Shown piece after piece: positions 57,662-64,000 of a stretch of 64,000 nucleotides of DNA. The stretch comes from an uncultured Planctomycetia bacterium (GTDB taxonomy: Bacteria; Omnitrophota; Gorgyraeia; Tantalellales; Tantalellaceae), in NCBI GenBank assembly GCA_964572255.1, contig CAZNEE010000004.1, positions 26,344 to 90,343 on the forward strand, in the 5' to 3' direction. Below the pieces are notes generated by a model. It was not told the DNA's origin. It did no database searches and saw only the letters and a program-made list of their open reading frames with translations. The first letter of the stretch is position 1. Every line of letters begins with the position of its first letter. Made by a program: the position numbers and the translations under genes.

Positions 57662-57684
57662 GCTTTCGCTCAAGGAGGTAAAAG

Positions 57685-58227
57685 ATGAAAAGAACACTGT
57701 CAAAAGGTTCGATTGTATTATTATGCATTGTGTTCTTCACCTGCTTATTCCTGCATGTGGAGGCAAATTGCCTGGAACTTAAAAGTCCGGCTTTTAAAGA
57801 CGGCGAAACCATCCCGGAGAAGTATACATGTAAGGGGGATAATATCTCGCCTTCATTGGAATGGACTGGCGTTCCTGCCGGGACTAAAAGCTTTGCGCTG
57901 ATCATGGATGACCCTGATGCCCCGATGGGGATCTGGGTGCATTGGGTGATCTATAATATTCCCGGTGATGTCAGTATGCTTAAAGAAGATATCCCCAGGG
58001 ATACGAGTCTCACTGATGGTACAAAGCAGGGCACCAACAGTTTTAACTGGATCGGTTACGGAGGGCCGTGCCCTCCTAAAGGCCCCGCGCACAGGTACAT
58101 GTTCAAATTGTACGCGTTGGATGAGGAGTTGGATCTTCCGGCCGGAGCTACAAAAGGCGTACTTCTTATGCGGATGGACGGGCATATCCTGGATGAAACC
58201 AGATTGACGGGTCTTTTTCAGCGTTAA
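57685..58227 (+). CDS. YbhB/YbcL (PEBP) family protein
   Basis: DDPDAP, WVHW, GYGGPCPP, HRYMF. Confidence 0.95.
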   Translation: MKRTLSKGSIVLLCIVFFTCLFLHVEANCLELKSPAFKDGETIPEKYTCKGDNISPSLEWTGVPAGTKSFALIMDDPDAPMGIWVHWVIYNIPGDVSMLKEDIPRDTSLTDGTKQGTNSFNWIGYGGPCPPKGPAHRYMFKLYALDEELDLPAGATKGVLLMRMDGHILDETRLTGLFQR

Positions 58228-58257
58228 AAAATAATAGTCAGGTACGGTTAAAGATAA

Positions 58258-58998
58258 ATGAAACTATACGGCAAGAATCCTGTAATTGAAAGGATAAAAA
58301 CAAATCCCGCCTCGATCAGAAAGATATACCTGCAAAAGAAGACAGATCTTTCAGAAATAGTGCGTGAGGCAAAAAAACAGGCGCTTGATTTCGAATCGGT
58401 GGAAAAAAGCAGGATATTAAGCATGGCCAGGAATGTCCACACGCAGGGGGTCGTGGCTGAAGTAGCCGAGTTCAAATATGCGCCTTTTTCCGAGCTTCTG
58501 GATGATTGCGGGAAGAGGAAAACTTCTCTTCTTTTCCTTGACGGGATAACAGACCCTCAAAATCTTGGTTCCATTATCCGTAATCTTGCCTGCATGGGAG
58601 GGTTTTCTATCGTTCTTCCCGAACATAATTCCGCTCAAGTCAATGAAACTGTCTTAAGAGTAGCCTGCGGCGGAGAGAACTATATAAAGATAGGGCAGGT
58701 TGCGAATAATGCCCGCGCTATTGAGAAAGCCAAAGCAAGAGGCGTTTGGATAATAGGAGCCGTGGCCGGTTCCGGAAAAGACATCCAACAGGTTAAGGTC
58801 AAATTTCCGTTGGGGGTAGTGATAGGGTCCGAGGGAAAAGGCATCAGGCCGGGGTTGGTGAAACATATCGATGCCGAACTATCCCTTCCCATGAAAGGGG
58901 CGGCTTTGTCATACAATGCCTCTGTTGCGGCAGTTTTAGTTTGTTATGAAATAAACCGCCAAGAAAGGCTGAAAAATGAAGGATACCAAAACACTTGA
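58258..58998 (+). CDS. rlmB: SpoU-family rRNA methyltransferase (RlmB-like)
   Basis: YGKNPV, QGVVA, ITDPQNLGSIIR, GSEGKG, SYNASVA. Confidence 0.85.
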   Translation: MKLYGKNPVIERIKTNPASIRKIYLQKKTDLSEIVREAKKQALDFESVEKSRILSMARNVHTQGVVAEVAEFKYAPFSELLDDCGKRKTSLLFLDGITDPQNLGSIIRNLACMGGFSIVLPEHNSAQVNETVLRVACGGENYIKIGQVANNARAIEKAKARGVWIIGAVAGSGKDIQQVKVKFPLGVVIGSEGKGIRPGLVKHIDAELSLPMKGAALSYNASVAAVLVCYEINRQERLKNEGYQNT

Positions 58999-59551
58999 TT
59001 TTATCGCCGAAGCGGGAATGCTTAAAAGGATCAAACGGAGCGGATGGTGGATGGTAGGCATCCCGTATGATGAAAGTGTTGCCGATCACAGCTTTCGCTG
59101 CGCGGTTATCGGGTATGTTCTGGCAAAGATGGAGAAAGCGGATCCTTACAAAGTTCTTTTGATGACGCTTTTCGGCGATCTTCATGAAGCCAGGATCAAC
59201 GACATGCATAAAGTGGCTCACAGATATTTGGATGTTAAAAAGGCCGAGAAGGAAGCTTTTAGAGAGCAAGTGGAAGAATTGGATGAAGGGATACGTGAAG
59301 AGTTAAAAAAAACAAGATCCGAATATGAATACCAGAAGACACCGGAGGGCGTCATAGCCCGTGATGCGGACATACTGGAATGCATGATACAGGCAAAAGA
59401 GTATGATGATCTGGGATTCAAGAACGCGAAAAAGTTTTTTAAGAAAGCGCCTAAGCATCTCAAGACAAAAAGCGCTCATGTCTTATGGGATAGGGCCGAG
59501 ACCTGGGACAGCAACACGTGGTGGGAAAAGCTTGGAAAATTCGAGAGGTAA
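58976..59551 (+). CDS. HD-domain hydrolase (YfbR/HDDC2-like)
   Basis: LKRIKRSGW, ESVADHSFR, DADILE; the HD position reads GD. Confidence 0.85.
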   Translation: MKDTKTLDFIAEAGMLKRIKRSGWWMVGIPYDESVADHSFRCAVIGYVLAKMEKADPYKVLLMTLFGDLHEARINDMHKVAHRYLDVKKAEKEAFREQVEELDEGIREELKKTRSEYEYQKTPEGVIARDADILECMIQAKEYDDLGFKNAKKFFKKAPKHLKTKSAHVLWDRAETWDSNTWWEKLGKFER

Positions 59552-59558
59552 ATGATAG

Positions 59559-60377
59559 ATGGAAAAACTGAGCAAGACAAAACTGAAATTTGCGCGTGAA
59601 CTCTTGCGCGAAAAAAAGGTTCGCGACGAGAACGCTCTTTTTGTCGCGGAAGGCGATAAGATCGTATGCGATATCCTCCAAAAAGGGCATATACCGGAAT
59701 TTATTCTGATCTCAAAGGTATATTTCGATACTATTGAAAGCCGGCTTTTAGTGCTTGATCACGAGGAGAAAAATGCTCCGGTTTTCATCGCCAATGATGC
59801 GGAATTTGATAAACTTTCATCGCTGCGCAGTTCACAAGGCATAATGGCAGTTTTTAAGCAGCCCATGCATAGAGTTAAGGATCTTTCACATGAAAAGAAA
59901 GCTTTTTTAGTGCTTTGCGACAAAGTGCAGGATCCCGCCAATCTCGGCGCGATAATAAGAACATCTGTCGCTTTTGAAGTTGACGCTCTTCTTCTGGCGG
60001 GTGAGACAGCGGATATTTATAACCCGAAAGTTGTCAGGGCATCCGCGGGATCGATGCTTGAAGTGCCTATATATTCATGCGATGTAAATATGATAGACAG
60101 GCTAAAGAATAGCGGCTATAAACTTTTCGCGGGCCAGCCGCGGAAGAAAAACTCGATATCGATAGACGAGATAAAAGAGGTCCCGAAAAAATGTATCATA
60201 GCTTTCGGAAGCGAAGGAAAAGGCATATCGAAGGAGATTTTAGAAAGAGCGGACGTTAATTTCTATATACCTATCAGCAAGAAAATAGAATCTTTAAACG
60301 TGAATAACGCAGCGGCGATCGCATTACATTCTTTAAGGAATGTGAGGGATCAAGGGGAGCCTGTCATGAAGGGATGA
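59559..60377 (+). CDS. TrmH/SpoU family RNA methyltransferase
   Basis: DPANLGAIIRT, NPKVVRASAG, GSEGKG, ESLNV. Confidence 0.92.
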   Translation: MEKLSKTKLKFARELLREKKVRDENALFVAEGDKIVCDILQKGHIPEFILISKVYFDTIESRLLVLDHEEKNAPVFIANDAEFDKLSSLRSSQGIMAVFKQPMHRVKDLSHEKKAFLVLCDKVQDPANLGAIIRTSVAFEVDALLLAGETADIYNPKVVRASAGSMLEVPIYSCDVNMIDRLKNSGYKLFAGQPRKKNSISIDEIKEVPKKCIIAFGSEGKGISKEILERADVNFYIPISKKIESLNVNNAAAIALHSLRNVRDQGEPVMKG

Positions 60378-61360
60378 AAATGTCCGAAAGAACTACCCGC
60401 ATACAGACCGATTCGCAAAACAGGATCATTCTAACGCATACCTTTAAAGAAACGATTCCCGGAAAAACTTCATATAAAACAGTCATCAAAAAGGCCGGTG
60501 CAAGAACCGCTTCTCAAAAGCTTGTCCTTGACGGAACATGGTCTTTAACTGAAGAACACGCGCTAAAATTTCATGTTCTTTCATCTCAGTCGGATCTTGC
60601 CGGGAAGGATCTCATATTCCATGGTCAGATCGAACATGCGGGAGGGAACTTTCTAAGATTCCGCATTCGCCGATTAGAACCGCTTTCCGGCATCAAAAGC
60701 GGAACGATCGGATTAAGCGGTACATGGTGGGCTGACCGCTACAACCGCATATGCTTTGATATCAATAAAGGAAAGGGCCGTTATGACACATTAAGATTCC
60801 AGGGGGCCTGGCAGGTAAACCGCAATAATGAACTTATTTACCGTTATTCGATGACGCGCCTTAAGACAAAGGTCCGCAGACTGCACACGGTCATATTCAG
60901 GGGTTTCTGGGAGCTTCAAAAACACAGGATAATTTATAGGATGGAAGGTTCGAGCGGATCCTTCTTTTCATTCCAAGCGGTCTTAAAGTCGCATAATGTG
61001 AGGTCTTCAGACAGGGGCATAGATTACCAGATCGGAATACGGTTTTTAGAGAGAGAGGTTTTTCGCAAGAGAGAACAGACGGTCACGATTCTAGGAAAAT
61101 GGCAAATAAAAGAGGATCTAAAGGTGAGCTTTGAGGTGTCTTATTCCGGCAGAAAGCGGCAGGAGATCCTTTTCGGCGTGGAAAAAATTTTAGGGAAAGG
61201 CAATACGGTCACGGTTTCCCTGAAGGACCCAGGAGGCGGGAAAATGGGGCTCGAAGTGGTATTCCGGAAAACTTTCAGTAAAGACAGGGATCTGTTTATT
61301 TCCCTCGCAAGATCCGCCGAAGAATTCAGGGTTCAGGGCGGGGTCACTATTAAGTTTTAG
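60374..61360 (+). CDS. Hypothetical beta-hairpin repeat protein
   Basis: Repeated (L/F)xGxW...(L/I)x(F/Y) units; C-terminal GVTIKF. Confidence 0.7.
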   Translation: MKMSERTTRIQTDSQNRIILTHTFKETIPGKTSYKTVIKKAGARTASQKLVLDGTWSLTEEHALKFHVLSSQSDLAGKDLIFHGQIEHAGGNFLRFRIRRLEPLSGIKSGTIGLSGTWWADRYNRICFDINKGKGRYDTLRFQGAWQVNRNNELIYRYSMTRLKTKVRRLHTVIFRGFWELQKHRIIYRMEGSSGSFFSFQAVLKSHNVRSSDRGIDYQIGIRFLEREVFRKREQTVTILGKWQIKEDLKVSFEVSYSGRKRQEILFGVEKILGKGNTVTVSLKDPGGGKMGLEVVFRKTFSKDRDLFISLARSAEEFRVQGGVTIKF

Positions 61361-61383
61361 CTTTATATCTAAGGAGGCACTAG

Positions 61384-61800
61384 ATGAAGTCATATCGCGA
61401 AGAACTATGGTTTAAAACACCTCATAGAAGGGATTATATCAACATTACTCCGCAGGTTGAAAAAATAGTTCGAAAAAGCGGCGTAAAAGAAGGCCTGTGT
61501 CTTGTAAATGCCATGCATATTACGGCGAGCATTTATATCAATGACGATGAGAGGGGCCTCTTGCAGGATTATGATGACTGGCTTGAAGAGTTGGCCCCGC
61601 ATGAACCCATAGAACATTACAGGCACAATGGAGCGGAAGATAACGGGGACGCTCACCTTAAAAGACAGATCATGGGCCGTGAGGTAGTAGTTGCTGTAAC
61701 CGGCGGAGAGCTTGACTTTGGGCCATGGGAGCAGATATTTTACGGTGAGTTCGATGGCCGAAGAAAGAAGAGGGTCCTGGTAAAGATTATCGGCGAGTAG
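61384..61800 (+). CDS. yjbQ: Secondary thiamine-phosphate synthase (YjbQ family)
   Basis: [25 protein letters not shown]. Confidence 0.92.
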   Translation: MKSYREELWFKTPHRRDYINITPQVEKIVRKSGVKEGLCLVNAMHITASIYINDDERGLLQDYDDWLEELAPHEPIEHYRHNGAEDNGDAHLKRQIMGREVVVAVTGGELDFGPWEQIFYGEFDGRRKKRVLVKIIGE

Positions 61801-61863
61801 AAATTTGCCCTTTTAAAAGCATGTGGTATACTTGATGTTGTTGCTTTGGGACAGGAGGAAGTG

Positions 61864-62289
61864 ATGGCATTGAGTGGCTCGCATTCAAGCGAAGAGATCA
61901 AAAAAATAATATACGAACATCTTGATGACATGGGAGTTTCCCGTGAGAATATGCAGATATCGATCGTTAACGGGTCCAAGGTTGTTTTGCGCGGGGAGAT
62001 CTTACATGAAAGCCAGAGAGAAGAGCTGAAAGATTTTATCTCGGACATGGCGGGAATTGACAATATAGTCGATGAACTTATTGTCATTCACGATGAGTAC
62101 GAAGAAGGTGAAGGCGAAGAATTATCCGATGAAGAAGAGTTGTATGATGAAGATAAGGAAAAATACGGCACGGGAGATATCTTTCGCTCGGTAGAGGACG
62201 GAGTGCCTTACGTGCCGCCGACAAGCCCGCCGTATGAGGAATCAAAGAAAAAAGAGCGAAAGAGAAAACGCAAGAAAAAACCCAGATGA
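61864..62289 (+). CDS. BON-domain protein with acidic and basic tails
   Basis: VVLRGE...AGIDNIVDELIV; AGGAGG RBS. Confidence 0.7.
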   Translation: MALSGSHSSEEIKKIIYEHLDDMGVSRENMQISIVNGSKVVLRGEILHESQREELKDFISDMAGIDNIVDELIVIHDEYEEGEGEELSDEEELYDEDKEKYGTGDIFRSVEDGVPYVPPTSPPYEESKKKERKRKRKKKPR

Positions 62290-62319
62290 TCACAGGATCA
62301 AAAAAAAGGAGATATATAA

Positions 62320-62493
62320 ATGTTTGGACTCGGCCTTCCTGAAATTTTATTGATATTGGTGATAGCGCTTTTGATATTCGGGGCTGCAAAACTTCCGGAA
62401 ATAGGTAGAGCTCTGGGAAAAGCATTGAGTGAATTTAAAAAGGGAGCGCAGGATTCATCTGATAAGAAAGAAGATGAAAACCGAACAAAATGA
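62320..62493 (+). CDS. tatA: Twin-arginine translocase TatA (not in the ORF track)
   Basis: MFGLGLPEILLILVIALLIFGAAKLPEIGRALGKALSEFKKG, 57 aa; stop overlaps the tatC start. Confidence 0.95.
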   Translation: MFGLGLPEILLILVIALLIFGAAKLPEIGRALGKALSEFKKGAQDSSDKKEDENRTK

Positions 62494-63230
62494 GCGCCGT
62501 GTATAAGGAAGAGCCCAAAAGATTAGATTTCCTTACCCACCTTGAAGAGTTACGCCGCAGGATCCTCATAATTATCGTTTTTTTTGTTCTTATCGCGATC
62601 ACGCTTTTTTCAAAAGGCGAATATTTTTTATCGATACTAAAACGTCCGATCGGAACCGCTTCGGAGCTTATCTTTATCAGCCCGACAGAGGCTTTTACCT
62701 CATACTTGAAAATAATATTCCTGGCGAGTTTTATCATATCGTTCCCGGTGATCCTTTTCCAGCTCTGGGCTTTCATGCATCCCGCGTTTTCGGGGAAGAG
62801 AAAAAACCGCATAGCAGTTTGGTTATCCTCCGCTCTGGTTTTTTTTGCGGCGGGAATATTGTTCTCATATTTCATAGCGATACCCGCGGCGCTTAAATTT
62901 TTATTGAATTTCGGAAGCGGCATCGCCTCGCCTATGATAACATTGGGGAGGTACACATCGTTCGTAGCCGCGCTTATCTTGGTAGGGGGCATAGTTTTTG
63001 AAATACCGATCTTGATCGGGCTTCTGACAGACATCGGCATTCTTAAAGCGGATTATCTAAGGAAAAAACGTCCGCAAGCGCTTATAGGAATAATGATAGC
63101 CGCGGCGATCATAACGCCGACGCAGGACATATTGAACATGCTGATGTTTGCGATACCGATGGTCCTTTTGTTTGAGATAGGGGTCATCCTTTCCAAAATC
63201 ATCGAAAATAAGAAAATCCACAAAACGTAA
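62490..63230 (+). CDS. tatC: Twin-arginine translocase TatC
   Basis: HLEELRRR, SPTEAF, FEIP, AAIITPTQD. Confidence 0.96.
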   Translation: MSAVYKEEPKRLDFLTHLEELRRRILIIIVFFVLIAITLFSKGEYFLSILKRPIGTASELIFISPTEAFTSYLKIIFLASFIISFPVILFQLWAFMHPAFSGKRKNRIAVWLSSALVFFAAGILFSYFIAIPAALKFLLNFGSGIASPMITLGRYTSFVAALILVGGIVFEIPILIGLLTDIGILKADYLRKKRPQALIGIMIAAAIITPTQDILNMLMFAIPMVLLFEIGVILSKIIENKKIHKT

Positions 63231-63300
63231 CATCAAGTAATTAAACGACTTATAATTCTCAAAAAAAATGTTAGAAAGACAAAAGCAAGCTAGCTATTTC

Positions 63301-63329
63301 TTGACTTAACATAAACTTTCTGTTATTAT
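63301..63329 (+). promoter_or_regulatory. Sigma70-like promoter
   Basis: TTGACT-17 bp-TATTAT with extended -10 TG. Confidence 0.55.
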
Positions 63330-63381
63330 AGGACTAACATACTAAATACATTTAAAAAGCAGAAATTAAGTGGGTTGGAAA

Positions 63382-64000
63382 ATGAAACAAAAAAGGATCG
63401 CGTTAAAAAAGAGCATGCTTTACACGTTAACAGTTTCTCTGGTAACGCTCGCATATTTTCTTAGCGTTTACGTGGTGGAGAGGGTGCTATGCTTGTTCTT
63501 GCAATATGACTCTTACCCTGTTACATTAGCTGCGATCATTTTTCTTTCGATTGCATGCCTTCCGATAAAGATCCGCGTACAGCGCAATATCGACAAATGT
63601 TTTTTTAATGGATCGATTTGCGAGATCGAAGAGCAGCGCGACAGATTACTGGATGAATTGCATTATGCCCTCAAACACAAGCAGGCCGTGACCTTTGCGT
63701 CCGGCATAGCGCATGAGATCAAGAACCCGCTGACTTCCATCAAAACGTTCACCGAATACGTCGATAAGAAATATCATGACGCCCGGTTCAGAAGAAAGTT
63801 CAGATTTCTGGTCGGCCGCGAGCTTGAAAGGATAAATCGAACGGTCGATCAGCTGATGGATTTTTCCAGGCCGGTCAAATTGGAGAAAACGCGGATCGAT
63901 GTAAATGCGCTGTTGAAGGAAACGGTGGAGTTTGTAAAATATCAGGCCAAGAAGAATGATGTCCGGATAAAGAGGCACTTTGAGGATATTCCTTGTATTT
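63382..64000 (+). CDS. Sensor histidine kinase, 3'-truncated by the window edge (not in the ORF track)
   Basis: Open frame from ATG 63382; two TM helices; H-box GIAHEIKNPLTSIK; LMDFSRP. Confidence 0.9.
   Translation, partial: MKQKRIALKKSMLYTLTVSLVTLAYFLSVYVVERVLCLFLQYDSYPVTLAAIIFLSIACLPIKIRVQRNIDKCFFNGSICEIEEQRDRLLDELHYALKHKQAVTFASGIAHEIKNPLTSIKTFTEYVDKKYHDARFRRKFRFLVGRELERINRTVDQLMDFSRPVKLEKTRIDVNALLKETVEFVKYQAKKNDVRIKRHFEDIPCI

Noticed and set aside
639-63978. Numerous minus-strand and alternate-frame ORFs in the track (e.g. 1421-2047, 6984-7196, 31389-32006, 62435-63040, 63646-63978)
   Set aside because: They overlap well-supported plus-strand genes and have no recognisable motifs; shadow ORFs

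Overview
Gene-dense bacterial chromosome segment. Essentially every real gene is on the + strand; the one exception is a REP-associated tyrosine transposase (RAYT). A TIGR04137-like 'small basic protein' points to the PVC superphylum, and Ca. Omnitrophota is plausible (inference only). Contents: glycolipid/envelope genes; a cobalamin riboswitch with a btuB-like receptor; MarR-TolC-RND efflux without an adaptor gene; an M16 protease; aroQ-pepP-efp-accBC; gmhA/rfaE2; thiC; tRNA-Gly(CCC) followed by an accessory block (sugar porter, aspD-aspT, ACT, HAD); an ECF sigma/anti-sigma/Spy module; an ATPase, dGTPase and HD-GYP protein; a full bio operon with a BioF-esterase fusion; pduO, lpdA, rmuC, a radical SAM enzyme, rRNA methylases, tatAC and a partial histidine kinase. 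Most notable: (1) a RAYT cassette bounded by inverted GGGACA repeats and by a 23-bp direct repeat that duplicates the btuB 3' end; (2) an orphan promoter-to-terminator RNA of about 110 nt, either a riboswitch or a Csr/Rsm-like sRNA; (3) a stack of hairpins 3' of the tRNA; (4) twin ECF promoters; (5) an apparent ATC start codon. No CRISPR array, rRNA or integrase was seen. All calls come from reading motifs; no database search was run.
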